Shown here in pieces: positions 28,024 to 38,719 of a stretch of DNA of 64,000 nt. Under the pieces are notes generated by a model. It saw nothing but the letters and a program-made list of their open reading frames with translations, did no database searches and had not been told where the DNA came from. Position 1 is the stretch's first letter. Each line of letters opens with the position of its first letter. The stretch comes from an uncultured bacterium (GTDB taxonomy: Bacteria; Hydrothermota; Tepidihabitantia; Tepidihabitantales; Tepidihabitantaceae): assembly GCA_964626075.1 (NCBI GenBank), contig CAZVDD010000015.1, positions 8,773-72,772 on the forward strand, in the 5' to 3' direction. The position numbers and the translations under genes were made by a program.

Positions 28024-29750
28024 TGGTCATACTTTTCTTGTTGACAGTTTCCGCCTCAATACCGGCATGGCGGATTGAAATTGCCGGACCAGAAGCCGCC
28101 TTACCAGGGATGGCAACCTGGCAGGAGGTTATGGTATCTGAACCCAAAACGGGCAGCGACGAGATTCGGATTATGCCCGGCTGGCCCAAGAAGGTGCAAA
28201 GTAATAGCACCTTTTCGCCCTGTAGAGGTGCTGCCCTTGCCGACTTTGACGGTGACGGAAGGCTTGAGGTGATTATGCCATCGCCGGCAGGCCAGCTTCA
28301 TGTCTGGCGCGCCGATGGCAGTTACTATCCGGGCTGGCCCAGAACTTTTTCGGGAATGGGGCAGTATGCGGCGGCGGTGGGTGATATTGACCACGACGGC
28401 GAATACGAAATCGCCATCTGCACCCGGGGAATGACTTCAGGTGGTGCGGTCTATGTGTTCGCGGAGAACGGGACGGTCAAGACAGGCTGGCCCTTTACCG
28501 GACTGGTCAACGGTAACTTTGCCGACAGTCCTACCCTTGCCGATATCGACAACGATGACACGCTGGAAATCATTGTGGGTGAGCGCGACTGGCCCATCGG
28601 TCACCTCCATGTGTTGCGGCATAACGGGGTTGAACAACCCGGTGCCTGGCCCTGTTCTTTGAGCCATGTGCCGGCGCTCGGTGCCGCGGTCGGCGACATC
28701 AACCTTGATGGGGAACCGGAGATTGTTTACGCCTCGTACAATGCGCTCTATGTGCTGCGCCCCGACGGCACGGCATTGCCGGGCTGGCCATTGACAAATC
28801 CAAACGGCGGTTCTTTTTCTTACCAATCTCCGGCACTGGCCGATGTTGACAATGATGATACCCTTGAAATCGTCATCGCCTATCACGGCAGTTCTTCCGG
28901 GACTGCGATATTCCGGCACGATGGAACGCAGGTTGACGGCTGGCCCTACTCTTTCCCGCGCTGGACCTATTGTCCGCCCACGGTTGCCGACCTTTATCGG
29001 AACGACGATTTGAAGGTACTGTGCGGGCTTTCCGGAATTGTGAGCGGTGCCGCCGCGGTTTTGTACGGTTTTGATGATGACGGTTCGGTTCTTAACGGCT
29101 TTCCTGTTGTGCAACCGAATGGTGATGCGGCAGAGGGTAACATCACGGTGGCGGATGTTGACGGCGACGGCGATATGGAGATTTTGTTTACCAGTAACCT
29201 GATGACCAACGCCGATACCTTAGGTTATCTGTACGCGGTTCATCACGATGGCACACCGGTTGCCGGTTTCCCTTTACGACCTTATGGCTGGACTTATCTC
29301 AACGGTGCTACGGTTGCCGATGTTGATGGTGACGACTCTTTGGACATCGTCACGGTTTCCTACGATAATGCAACAACGATGGCGGTTACGGTCTGGGAGA
29401 CGGGTGTGCCTTTCAATCGCATGGCTTGGGAATGGCCTACCTATCAATTTGATATGGCGCGGACCGGTGTTTATCAAAAACCGACGGTCGGGGTCAGCGA
29501 AGAGCATCGTAATAAAACGGTTGTCCAGCGTTTTGTGCCCAGTTGTGTGAAGCCGGGGATGAATGTCCGTTTTGTGCCCGCGCCGGAGAAAGAAGGGGCG
29601 GTGACGATTTACGACCGTACGGGAAAGGCGGTGACGGTGCTCAGGATGGGACCGCAGGGTGCAACACTGCCTGCCGCGCTCGAACCCGGGGTTTATTTTG
29701 TCCGGGCACCAACATCACGCCGGGCAGCAAAGTTGGTGGTCACTCGCTGA
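28020..29750 (+). CDS. secreted FG-GAP/VCBS repeat beta-propeller protein with T9SS-like C-terminal domain
   Basis: Repeated D(F/I/V)DxDxxxE(I/V) and PGWP motifs; C-terminal PGVYFVR...KLVV. Confidence 0.85.
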   Translation: MMVILFLLTVSASIPAWRIEIAGPEAALPGMATWQEVMVSEPKTGSDEIRIMPGWPKKVQSNSTFSPCRGAALADFDGDGRLEVIMPSPAGQLHVWRADGSYYPGWPRTFSGMGQYAAAVGDIDHDGEYEIAICTRGMTSGGAVYVFAENGTVKTGWPFTGLVNGNFADSPTLADIDNDDTLEIIVGERDWPIGHLHVLRHNGVEQPGAWPCSLSHVPALGAAVGDINLDGEPEIVYASYNALYVLRPDGTALPGWPLTNPNGGSFSYQSPALADVDNDDTLEIVIAYHGSSSGTAIFRHDGTQVDGWPYSFPRWTYCPPTVADLYRNDDLKVLCGLSGIVSGAAAVLYGFDDDGSVLNGFPVVQPNGDAAEGNITVADVDGDGDMEILFTSNLMTNADTLGYLYAVHHDGTPVAGFPLRPYGWTYLNGATVADVDGDDSLDIVTVSYDNATTMAVTVWETGVPFNRMAWEWPTYQFDMARTGVYQKPTVGVSEEHRNKTVVQRFVPSCVKPGMNVRFVPAPEKEGAVTIYDRTGKAVTVLRMGPQGATLPAALEPGVYFVRAPTSRRAAKLVVTR

Positions 29751-29771
29751 CATTTTTGGTGAAGATAAAAA

Positions 29772-29800
29772 GATGCGGCGTCCATTTCGGACGCCGCATC
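29772..29800. terminator. hairpin between convergent genes
   Basis: GATGCGGCGTCC-ATTTC-GGACGCCGCATC perfect 12-bp stem. Confidence 0.65.
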
Positions 29801-29821
29801 GCTATTAGCCTTCTTGGGTTT

Positions 29822-32800
29822 TTACCTTTTGACAATCAGTTTCTGAGTTTGTCTACCGTCCGGTGAAGTTATCCGCAAAAGATAAACACCGTTTGCTACC
29901 TGGCGGGCGTCCCAGTTGAGTTTTATCTCACCGGGTTCCATAACCTGGTTAAGAAGCGTGGCAACCGACCGGCCGCTGATGTCAAAAACTTCTGCCTGAA
30001 CCCTGCCGCTTCGGTTGAGGTTGTAGCGGATGGCGACCGAATGGGAGAAGGGGTTGGGCTGACAAACAACACCCGGGAGATTTCTGCCCCGGGCGGTACC
30101 TTCCTCTTCTGCAATGCCGACATTGTTGTCAAACCAGCTCTGGGCACTGTCGGCATTCGCCTCGAAGTTCGCTTCAGAAGAGCCGCCCACCATGGCGAAA
30201 GCCACCCGATAACTGCTTCCGGGGTTCAGGTCAAATGGACCGACTGAAACACCAACCGACCAGTCATAAGCGCGGTTAGAGTTGCGCTGATTGATTGTGC
30301 CATTGAGGATGCGTAACTTCATCCCTTCGGTCATCGCTGAGTCGGGATAGACATAACGGGCGTGGTCGATAGCACACAGATTGGCGAAAGATTGCGGGGC
30401 AAGAATTTTTACCCCGACACAAGGGTTGGCACTTGATGAGGAGCGCATAAAGGAGAACCGTTTAGTTTCGTTCGAGGTTACGGTATTAGAGGCGGCATTG
30501 GAACCAACATCAAAGTCGGCGATTATTCCGGCGTAGAGCCCGTTCACAGCGCTTGAACCCTGATTCTGAATGTCGTAGACCAGAACGACGAAGTCGTCAT
30601 AACCACCGGCCGCGTTCATATAGGAGTTCTGGGTAACCCGGATGTTTTTGGGAGTGGGGTGTCCCGCGTCACTGATTACCGCCCGGAACTGCTCGTCTCC
30701 TGTCTGCGGCGGAATCACCGGACGCAGGGAGTCTACAATTCGGAAGTCGGTGTTGTAACTGGATGCGGGCTGGCCATAAAAACGGTCAACAATGTAACTG
30801 GTGCTGTTGCCGAGAAGGAAACTGGCGTAGTAAAGGCTGGAGGAAGAACTCTTGGGATAGGAGAAGCCCGCGCCCAAATCAAGAGAGGGTGGTTCGGTAA
30901 AACCGATTGAGCCCAGGGCGGTGACCGAAAGTCGGCAGTAGCCGGTGTCATGGTCGAGCCAGACAGCACCCGGTTGGATTGGCGTGCCCACGGTGAGGGT
31001 GAAGGTTTGGTCCCAGGTGCCTTCGTTGCTGGTGATGTGGAGGGTGAAAGAGATTTGGGTGCCAGGTGGAGTTGAGGCACTGGCGCTCAGCCGATAGCGG
31101 TCGCCGCGCGCCGTGTCGCCCGAATTGAGATTGCCGTAGGCGCTGGTTGAGTCTAATCGGGTGATGTAAGTGGAGGCGGTGCGGAGTGTACCGTTGACAT
31201 TGGTTGCACCGGCATTGCCGAGATTTTTTAAGGTTACATAGAGGTCGGCAGTTTCTCCGGGGTCCAGCTGGTGATTGGCGCCGTCGTCAACATAGGTGCT
31301 TTGGATTGCGATGTAGGGTTGAGGAGCACCAGGCACAACGACAACCGTTTTCTCAACCGGCAGAAACTGCTTGCGGGTAACGGTCAAATACATTGTGCCC
31401 GGGGTGATGGGGTTGATAGTAATGCGGGCAACACCGGTGCCGTCGGTGCGGCCAACTTCGTGCAGTTCGCCTGATTTGTAGAGACATACCAAAGCGCCGA
31501 TAACCGGGTTACCACCGCTGGTTACGGTTACTTGGAAAGTCTGGGCACCGGTAGGGGTGGTGTCTTGATTTTGAACCGTCATCGTTGCGGGAACGCCGTT
31601 CCACATAGGCAGCGCCGGGTCACCAAACAGGTTCAACTCATAGTAACACCACCTCCAGAGCGGTTGACTCTGTGCCATATAGCCGTAAACCCCTTTGCTC
31701 GAGCAGTGGTTGCGGCCGATTTCCACCGTGTCGCCAATGAAGTAGTAATCGTAAAACATACAGTCCAGTTTTTCTGAAGGACCCATTTGCGGCGGTGTGC
31801 CCCAGCCGTAGCGGGAGTTCATAATGGTTGCGACTGCGCCGCCGTTCGGGTTGTTCACCAGTTCTTCGGCCAGACAGTCCGACGCTTCAAAGTTGCCGGA
31901 GATGCAGGCGATTGAGTTCAATATCACCGGACGGGTGGAGTTCGTCTGGTTGCGGGCAACGGTGGTGGTGTAGATGGGTGTGCCCGATTGGGTGTAGAAG
32001 CCATAGTCATCGCCATGTGCAGCAACATGACAGAAGTGAAAGCCGGTGTTGATAGAATCCCGCATCGGGGTGGTGGTTGTCGGATCTGCGATGTAACGGT
32101 CAACCCAGCCCGAGGGCGTTTTGGCGGCGATGGTATCGGACACGATTCGACCCGAGTAGCCGGTCCAGAGTAAAACATAGGGGAGGAGCATCTTTTGCAG
32201 GTAGTCGGTGGTCGGGGTTTTTTCATAGTAAAGCGTTTTATTGACAAAGGCACCGACTTGAGTGGCATTGTCAACTGAAGCCCGACCGATGAAAAGGTCG
32301 TAGAACAGATCCACCGTATCACCGTCGACTTCACCGAAGATGTTGTTGCGGTTGCCGTCCCAGGACCACTGCAGGTCTGCGTAGTAAACATCAGCCGGGA
32401 TGTAGTCGGCCGTGCCCTCAACATTAACATAACCGCGGCGGGCAGGAACAATTGAGTTGTCGCCGGCCAAGAGAACATAGATTAACCCGTGGTTCTGCCA
32501 GTAGTCGATGATAAAATTACGGATTCTTTCCTGCAGGTCTCTGCCCGGATAAACACTACTGATGGAGTCGGTTTTGAAAATGCGGGTGTAGTAGCCCTTT
32601 TTGGTACGCCATTGGGCAAAGGTCTGGAAATTTGATGCAAGGGTGGAGCTGGTGATGATAGCATAGTCGCAGTCCATATTGTCGCGCAACCTTTGCGGCG
32701 GGGCGAACTGCCGGATCGCTTCGGGATTGACAACAACACTTGCCACTGCGGGACCAAAATGTTCCAGCTGCTTTTCGGTTAAGGTCGGTGGTGTTATCGC

Positions 32801-33349
32801 ACCTTCCTTGTAATCGACATAGACCCTTAACCGTCGGTAAAGCGTGAGTTTGCCGGTAACGGGGTTCCAGTGTAGGGGATAAACCGCGAAAGGACAGACG
32901 CGCCAGCCCATCATCGTCCCGGTATAGCCGTTCCATTCATAAACCGCTTCTGGATACGGTGCGGGTGTTGAATAAACAGTCGGGTCGGGCGGAACAAATT
33001 GGGACGGGTTCTTTGCCGAAAGCGGGACCGGCGGCTGTGCCGGATGAACTCGATAGACACCGGGCAGTTCAAACACCTGTTCGGGAACGACCCGAATTGC
33101 TGTTACCGAGGCGTTAGCCGGGATGACAACATTGAGCGGGGCGATAGGTAGCGCGGGTTTGCCCGGTTCAACTGTTGAGGCGTATTTCGGCATCTGAACA
33201 ACATCAAAGCCGTTTGCTTCGGTGATGTAGATGTCGCCGCTATTGAACTCCAGCGTCTGGGTTACTGTGCCGGCAAAGAGCGCCACCGGCAAAAACATGA
33301 GAAGTCCCCAAAACTGGGGCACCTTGAAACCTGACAGGTTCTTATTCAT
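29822..33349 (-). CDS. C25 family (gingipain-like) cysteine peptidase with propeptide, Ig-like domains and T9SS-like C-terminal domain
   Basis: YVLLAGD, LFIGRA, AHG...SIAC catalytic pair, LNLFGDPA, C-terminal NGVYLLR...KLIVKR. Confidence 0.9.
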   Translation of the reverse strand: MNKNLSGFKVPQFWGLLMFLPVALFAGTVTQTLEFNSGDIYITEANGFDVVQMPKYASTVEPGKPALPIAPLNVVIPANASVTAIRVVPEQVFELPGVYRVHPAQPPVPLSAKNPSQFVPPDPTVYSTPAPYPEAVYEWNGYTGTMMGWRVCPFAVYPLHWNPVTGKLTLYRRLRVYVDYKEGAITPPTLTEKQLEHFGPAVASVVVNPEAIRQFAPPQRLRDNMDCDYAIITSSTLASNFQTFAQWRTKKGYYTRIFKTDSISSVYPGRDLQERIRNFIIDYWQNHGLIYVLLAGDNSIVPARRGYVNVEGTADYIPADVYYADLQWSWDGNRNNIFGEVDGDTVDLFYDLFIGRASVDNATQVGAFVNKTLYYEKTPTTDYLQKMLLPYVLLWTGYSGRIVSDTIAAKTPSGWVDRYIADPTTTTPMRDSINTGFHFCHVAAHGDDYGFYTQSGTPIYTTTVARNQTNSTRPVILNSIACISGNFEASDCLAEELVNNPNGGAVATIMNSRYGWGTPPQMGPSEKLDCMFYDYYFIGDTVEIGRNHCSSKGVYGYMAQSQPLWRWCYYELNLFGDPALPMWNGVPATMTVQNQDTTPTGAQTFQVTVTSGGNPVIGALVCLYKSGELHEVGRTDGTGVARITINPITPGTMYLTVTRKQFLPVEKTVVVVPGAPQPYIAIQSTYVDDGANHQLDPGETADLYVTLKNLGNAGATNVNGTLRTASTYITRLDSTSAYGNLNSGDTARGDRYRLSASASTPPGTQISFTLHITSNEGTWDQTFTLTVGTPIQPGAVWLDHDTGYCRLSVTALGSIGFTEPPSLDLGAGFSYPKSSSSSLYYASFLLGNSTSYIVDRFYGQPASSYNTDFRIVDSLRPVIPPQTGDEQFRAVISDAGHPTPKNIRVTQNSYMNAAGGYDDFVVLVYDIQNQGSSAVNGLYAGIIADFDVGSNAASNTVTSNETKRFSFMRSSSSANPCVGVKILAPQSFANLCAIDHARYVYPDSAMTEGMKLRILNGTINQRNSNRAYDWSVGVSVGPFDLNPGSSYRVAFAMVGGSSEANFEANADSAQSWFDNNVGIAEEEGTARGRNLPGVVCQPNPFSHSVAIRYNLNRSGRVQAEVFDISGRSVATLLNQVMEPGEIKLNWDARQVANGVYLLRITSPDGRQTQKLIVKR

Positions 33350-33359
33350 TCTCTCTCCT

Positions 33360-33791
33360 TTATTTAAGGTTTTGGTGCTGGTCCGGGAAGAAAAAGTTTA
33401 TCTCCCGGTTGACGTCTTCTTCGGGATTGGAGGCGTGGACCGCATTCATCCTAACCGATGTGCCAAAATCGGCGCGGATGGTTCCCGGTTGTGCCTTTGC
33501 CGGGTCAGTAGCACCGATAAATTCCCGGAGGCGATGTTGACAGCCTTCACCTTCAATCAAAAGCGCCACCACCGGTCCGGATGTAATGAACTCCACGAGT
33601 CCGGCAAAAAATTCTTTGCCGCGATGGAGGGCATAAAACCCTTCGGCTTCAGAGGGGCTCAGTTGTTTCATAACCATGCGGGTGATATTAAATCCTGCCT
33701 GTTCAAGACGGGAGATAATTGCGCCGATAAGTCCCCTTTTTACCGCATCGGGTTTAATGATGAGGAGGGTTTTTTCGGGCTGTCGCGCCAT
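33360..33791 (-). CDS. ndk: nucleoside-diphosphate kinase
   Basis: IIKPDAV, SGPVVA, PGTIRADFG, NAVHAS. Confidence 0.96.
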   Translation of the reverse strand: MARQPEKTLLIIKPDAVKRGLIGAIISRLEQAGFNITRMVMKQLSPSEAEGFYALHRGKEFFAGLVEFITSGPVVALLIEGEGCQHRLREFIGATDPAKAQPGTIRADFGTSVRMNAVHASNPEEDVNREINFFFPDQHQNLK

Positions 33792-33811
33792 CTATATAAA
33801 ATTTTATCTGT

Positions 33812-35113
33812 TTAAGGTTGAATGTCAAAATGTTTTTTCGCCCACTGCTGTGCGGCGCTCAAGGCGCGCCGAGCAAGAAGGGTGCGTTTTTTTAAGCCCC
33901 GGGCAGTGGTTTTAATGGGGGGCAGGATGCCAAAGTTGGCGTTCATCGGCTGGAAGTTTGGGTTGGCGGAGGTGATGTATTTTACGAGCGCGCCGAGGAT
34001 GGTTGTTTCTGGCGGGACGAGAGGCGGTTCGTTGCGAATGAGCCGTGCGGCATTGATGCCGGCCAATAAGCCGGTAGCGATTGATTCCCCATACCCTTCA
34101 ACACCGGTTAGTTGACCGGCGATGTAGAGGTCTGGTCGTTTTTTCGTCTGGAGGGTGGGCAAAAGTAGCTCCGGGCTGTTTAGAAAGGTGTTGCGGTGGA
34201 TACTGCCGTAGCGGAGAAATTGGGCGTGTTCCAAGCCCGGTATCAGACGGAAGATGCGCTCCTGTTCGGCGCGTTTCAATCGCGTTTGGAAGCCGACGAG
34301 GTTAAACATTGTGCCCGCTTGGTTTTCTTTGCGCAACTGGACAACGGCAAAAGGCATTTTGCCGGTGCGGGGGTCGATAAGACCAACCGGCTTCAAGGGT
34401 CCGAAGGCAAGGGCGAGCCGGTCGCGGCGGGCAAGTTCTTCGACCGGAAGACAGCCTTCAAAGAACGGGACACGGTCAAAGTCGTGCGCCTGATAGAGCG
34501 CGCCGTGGGCAAGTTCTTCAACCAGACGGTTGTACTCCGGTTCAGTTAAAGGGCAGTTTAGATAGTCGGCGCCTTTCCCATAGCGGGAGCCGAAAAACAT
34601 TTTTTCAAGATTTAACGAGTCGGCAGCAACGATGGGCGCAATCGCATCGTAGAAGAAGAGTTGGTGGGCGCCCAGGAACTGAATCAGGAACTGAGTTATT
34701 GCCGGTGAGGCAAGTGGACCGGCGGCGATGATGGTCGGAGTTTCGGGCGGAGAACCGACTTCCTGGCGAATGAGTTCGACGCCCGCCTGTTGAAGTTCGT
34801 TTTCCACTTCCCGGGAAAACTTTTTGCGGTCAACAACGAGCGCTTTACCACCCGGTACTCTTGTTCTTTCTGCACACCGGAGGAGGAAGGAACCGTAGAT
34901 TTGTAACTCGGCTTTGAGTAAGCCGTGGGCATTGGTTGTCTCTTCAGATTTGAGGGAGTTGGAGCAGACCAGTTCGGCAACATCGCCGGTCTGATGTGCC
35001 GGGGTCATTACCGCGGGGCGCATTTCGTAGAGCCGGACCGCCACCCCGAGACGGCGGCACTGGAGTGCCGCTTCACAGCCGGCAAGTCCGGCACCAATTA
35101 CCGTGACCATCAA
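33812..35113 (-). CDS. trmFO: tRNA (uracil-5-)-methyltransferase TrmFO
   Basis: GAGLAGCEAA, ELVCSNS, FYDAIAPI, GQLTGVEGY, FQPMNANFG. Confidence 0.95.
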   Translation of the reverse strand: MMVTVIGAGLAGCEAALQCRRLGVAVRLYEMRPAVMTPAHQTGDVAELVCSNSLKSEETTNAHGLLKAELQIYGSFLLRCAERTRVPGGKALVVDRKKFSREVENELQQAGVELIRQEVGSPPETPTIIAAGPLASPAITQFLIQFLGAHQLFFYDAIAPIVAADSLNLEKMFFGSRYGKGADYLNCPLTEPEYNRLVEELAHGALYQAHDFDRVPFFEGCLPVEELARRDRLALAFGPLKPVGLIDPRTGKMPFAVVQLRKENQAGTMFNLVGFQTRLKRAEQERIFRLIPGLEHAQFLRYGSIHRNTFLNSPELLLPTLQTKKRPDLYIAGQLTGVEGYGESIATGLLAGINAARLIRNEPPLVPPETTILGALVKYITSANPNFQPMNANFGILPPIKTTARGLKKRTLLARRALSAAQQWAKKHFDIQP

Positions 35114-35118
35114 CCGGG

Positions 35119-36690
35119 CTAATACAACCCGTTTACCCTTTTTCCCGCCGGGTACTCAACATTGTACTCAAGGTTGATTTCAAACCCCTTGCCCGACGGG
35201 ATTTCGGTAATGTAGGTTAAAGTGCCCTGGGCTTCATTCCCCTCGGTCGGTTTTGGTTCCTGCCGGGTGATGGTGACTTTTATTTCCCGCTGCTGGGACA
35301 CAGGAACCTGTTCGACGATTTTGATATTAATCGGTTTTGGGTTGAAGTTTTCAACCGTGGTGCGATAGACGAACTGGAGCCGTTCGGTTTTGTTTAAAAA
35401 ACCGGTGCGGGTTTTGAAGGTCTTGACCAGCTCCCGTTTCACTTTGATGCGGTCGTCAATGCCAAAGCCGATTTCCAGCGACTCCTGCGGTGCGAGGGTG
35501 GCGATGGTGGTTGTGCCGGTGTACTCGTCGCCTACATAGGTGCTGGCTTCACCGCTCAAGAGGATGAAATCAGAGGTATTGGCGAGTTGGGCGGTGAGGA
35601 AGGCTTTTTCCTGGGCACGGGGTAATGTGTAGTACTCAAACCGGGCCGGCAGGGTAATCTGTTTTAAAGGCAGTTTTTTTGCCTGTTCCCCGGATTTTAA
35701 ACTCACCCGACCGGGAACGACATACTGGATGGATACGCCGGTTTCCACAGTCGATATCTCTTCGCCACCAGGTGCGGGTAGGGCTTTGAAGGCATCCTCC
35801 GGAACAGCGGCTTCCGAGGCATATCCCGCTTCGGCGCGGGCTACGCGGGGCGGGGTTTGTTCAATCAACCAAAGGTACCAGGGATAAGGTTGCGGTGGCT
35901 GGAGCTCACGGCTCGGTGTTGCGGTGGAGAGGATGATTTTGACATCTTCCCAGTCTTCGCCGGTGCGCTGGTTGAGTTGGGCAAAGTAGTTGATGTCAAC
36001 CTGGTCGGTGCCGGGTTTTGCCCGCAGTTCGTAGTAGGGTTGCCAGTTTGCTGCCCGGGGTAGCGAGTAGGAGACGGTCAAGGGATAGGAACCGGGTTCG
36101 CCTTCGACGACAAACTGCAACTGTTTGCGGTTTTCAACCAGGGCACGGGTATCAGCCAGTTCCTGGCGGGCGGCATCAAGCCGTTTTCTGGTCTCATCTT
36201 GCTGCCGGGAAAGGGTAAGGGCGCGGATTTTTACTTTAGTTAACTCGTCGGCAACAAAGTTCAGAGCACCGCGCCACGACTCCGGGGCGACCTTGCCCTG
36301 CTGGAGTTCGCGGGCGATGATTTCCGGTGCACCCAGTTTTATTGAATTGAGGAAATCTTCTTTTGCCTTGAGGATGTTCCCTTCGTCCTCAAGCAGTTTT
36401 AAACTGTCTTCCAGTGCCTTGACCAGGTTTTCCAGTTTTCGGACCTCAGGGGTTGGTTCGGCAAGGTAACCCGGTTTTACCTGCACCGCACCGATGCGTA
36501 ACCCCGGGGCGCGGACCCGCACCGAGTTGTTGTCCAGTGCACCGGGCAGGTTAGGAATCGTCAGTGCCGCGCTCCCGTTCACGGTGACCGAGGCGGTGCG
36601 GACAACGACAACCTGATTTGAATAGACGATGACCGTGTCAACTTTCGAAGATACGGTGATACCAAACATCAGCGTTAGAATTAAGTTCAT
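35119..36690 (-). CDS. DUF4139/DUF4140 domain protein (MuiA-like)
   Basis: N-terminal VIVY...V-R, coiled coil, WQPYYELR, QRTGEDW...LSTA. Confidence 0.85.
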   Translation of the reverse strand: MNLILTLMFGITVSSKVDTVIVYSNQVVVVRTASVTVNGSAALTIPNLPGALDNNSVRVRAPGLRIGAVQVKPGYLAEPTPEVRKLENLVKALEDSLKLLEDEGNILKAKEDFLNSIKLGAPEIIARELQQGKVAPESWRGALNFVADELTKVKIRALTLSRQQDETRKRLDAARQELADTRALVENRKQLQFVVEGEPGSYPLTVSYSLPRAANWQPYYELRAKPGTDQVDINYFAQLNQRTGEDWEDVKIILSTATPSRELQPPQPYPWYLWLIEQTPPRVARAEAGYASEAAVPEDAFKALPAPGGEEISTVETGVSIQYVVPGRVSLKSGEQAKKLPLKQITLPARFEYYTLPRAQEKAFLTAQLANTSDFILLSGEASTYVGDEYTGTTTIATLAPQESLEIGFGIDDRIKVKRELVKTFKTRTGFLNKTERLQFVYRTTVENFNPKPINIKIVEQVPVSQQREIKVTITRQEPKPTEGNEAQGTLTYITEIPSGKGFEINLEYNVEYPAGKRVNGLY

Positions 36691-36699
36691 AAAACCTCC

Positions 36700-37773
36700 T
36701 TATCGTTCACTGCTTTCAATTGTTGCCCCGCCCAGAACCTCGTCGCCCTGCCAGAAGACAACAGCCTGACCGGGTGTTGGTGCCCATTGGGGCTGGTCAA
36801 AAACGACCCGGACACGATTTTTGGACTGAATTTTCAGGTCAGCCCAGGAGCCAGTGCCCTGATAACGAACCTTTGCCCAGACCCGGGTCGTAGCTTCAGG
36901 TGGTTTACCGGAAATCCAGGAAGCGTCGGAGGCGTTCACCACCCGGTGATAGACATCCTGTTCGAAACCAATGATAACCGCATTGCGCCGGGGGTCAATT
37001 CTGGCAACATACCGGCGTTCACCCAGGGCGATTTTCAGGCCCTTGCGCTGACCGATGGTGAAGTGGGCGATGCCGCGATGTTCACCAAGGAGATTTCCTT
37101 TTGTGTCGTAGATTGGTCCGGGCTGGAAAATTTCGGGACGCATTTGTTTCAGAAAGGCGGCGTAGTCGTTGTCGGGCACAAAACAGATTTCCTGACTTTC
37201 CGGGCGCCGGGCATTAGGTAGTCCGAGATCGGCGGCAAGTTTCCGGACTTCCTCCTTGGTATATTCTCCAATCGGCAGCAAAAGTTCTGCCATCTGCTGC
37301 TGGGTTAAGGTGTAAAGGAAGTAAGACTGGTCTTTGTTCGGGTCGACACCTTTGTAAAGATGCCAAACCCCCTGAGGGTCTTTTTTCTGTCGGGCGTGAT
37401 GGCCGGTGGCGATGAATTGGGCATCAAGTTGCCGCGCCTTTTCCCGCAGGGCACCAAACTTTATCAACTGGTTACAGCGCACACAGGGGTTTGGCGTTCG
37501 GCCTTGCGCATACTCGGTGATGAAATGTTCAATGACCTGCTGCCGGAACTGCTTGCGGAGGTCAAGGGTGTAGAAGGGGATGTTTAGAATGAGCGCAACA
37601 CGCCGGGCAATTTTTACCGCCTCCGAACCGCAGCAGCTCGGGTTCGGGGCAGTTGTTGCAGGCTCATCGTAGAGGTGCATCGTTATGCCGATTACTTCGT
37701 AGCCCTGCTCTTTCAAGAGCGCGGCGGCGACCGAAGAGTCAACACCGCCGGACATCGCCACCACGACCCGCAT
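36700..37773 (-). CDS. mnmA: tRNA-specific 2-thiouridylase
   Basis: AMSGGVDSS, TPNPCVRCN, KDQSYFL, ESQEICF, TIGQRKGL, PGQAVV. Confidence 0.96.
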   Translation of the reverse strand: MRVVVAMSGGVDSSVAAALLKEQGYEVIGITMHLYDEPATTAPNPSCCGSEAVKIARRVALILNIPFYTLDLRKQFRQQVIEHFITEYAQGRTPNPCVRCNQLIKFGALREKARQLDAQFIATGHHARQKKDPQGVWHLYKGVDPNKDQSYFLYTLTQQQMAELLLPIGEYTKEEVRKLAADLGLPNARRPESQEICFVPDNDYAAFLKQMRPEIFQPGPIYDTKGNLLGEHRGIAHFTIGQRKGLKIALGERRYVARIDPRRNAVIIGFEQDVYHRVVNASDASWISGKPPEATTRVWAKVRYQGTGSWADLKIQSKNRVRVVFDQPQWAPTPGQAVVFWQGDEVLGGATIESSER

Positions 37774-37788
37774 CGGTTTGCGCCGCTG

Positions 37789-38049
37789 TTATTTTTTGCG
37801 TTTCAGGTGTTTATTGAGCGTAGCCCACAGTTTTTCGTGAACATCAGGTGGGACGCAGCAACCGGGTTCAAGGCGGCAATAGGCGACGGTGCGTTGCAGG
37901 TCGTGTACCAGTTGGGCACAGGAGCGACAGGTCTGGATATGGAGCAGTATCGTCTGTTTGATTGTTGCCGGTAACTCGCCTTCCACATAAGACGCCGCCC
38001 ATTTTGTTATTTTAACGCAATCGATTGTTTCCGAATCTTTCTTTTTCAT
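37789..38049 (-). CDS. zinc-finger (zf-HC2) anti-sigma factor, soluble
   Basis: C...YVEGEL...HIQTCRSC (HxxxCxxC); directly downstream of the ECF sigma gene. Confidence 0.8.
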   Translation of the reverse strand: MKKKDSETIDCVKITKWAASYVEGELPATIKQTILLHIQTCRSCAQLVHDLQRTVAYCRLEPGCCVPPDVHEKLWATLNKHLKRKK

Positions 38050-38058
38050 AGCGCTCCT

Positions 38059-38664
38059 TTACAGGTAACGCGCCAGTTGTTCACGCAACGCCATTCGGCC
38101 GCGATGGAGGCGCGACTTTACTGCCGGGATAGACAACCCCAGCGTCTTACTGACCTCTTCATTACTCAATCCTTGCAAATCACGCATCACAACCACCGTG
38201 CGATATTCGGCGGGTAATCGGTCAATTGCCTTTTGTAATTTTTCGCGGAGGCGCTTCTGTTCAAACGCCTGTTCTGGGGTGGCGTGCGCGTCCGGGATGT
38301 CAAACTGGAGGTCGTCGGTGTTTCTGATCGGTTCGTCGAGCGATATCGTGTCCTGGGTTTTGCGCCGGCGTAGTTTTGTCAGGCTGACATTGGTCGCGAT
38401 GCGGTAGAGCCAGGTGTAGAAACTGGATTTGAATTTAAACCGGGAGATTGACCGATAGGCACGGATGAATGTATCTTGGAGGGCTTCGGCGGCATCATCC
38501 TCATTCCCGAGCAACCGATAGGTGATATTGTAAACTCTGCTCTCGTAGCGCCGGACCAGTTCTTCAAAAGCCGCGGTATTACCGCGCTGTGCCCGGCGTA
38601 CCAGTTCATCATCACCGACCGGTAGTCCGGGAGCGGCTACTTGAAGGGTTTTGCCTGTTGCCAC
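38059..38664 (-). CDS. ECF RNA polymerase sigma factor
   Basis: AFEELVRRY, QDTFIRAY, FYTWLYRIATN, VKSRLHRGR. Confidence 0.93.
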   Translation of the reverse strand: MATGKTLQVAAPGLPVGDDELVRRAQRGNTAAFEELVRRYESRVYNITYRLLGNEDDAAEALQDTFIRAYRSISRFKFKSSFYTWLYRIATNVSLTKLRRRKTQDTISLDEPIRNTDDLQFDIPDAHATPEQAFEQKRLREKLQKAIDRLPAEYRTVVVMRDLQGLSNEEVSKTLGLSIPAVKSRLHRGRMALREQLARYL

Positions 38665-38719
38665 GGCCTTATAGGATATTCACCACCGGAAGGCTGTCAA
38701 CCTCCCGCAACGGCGCTTT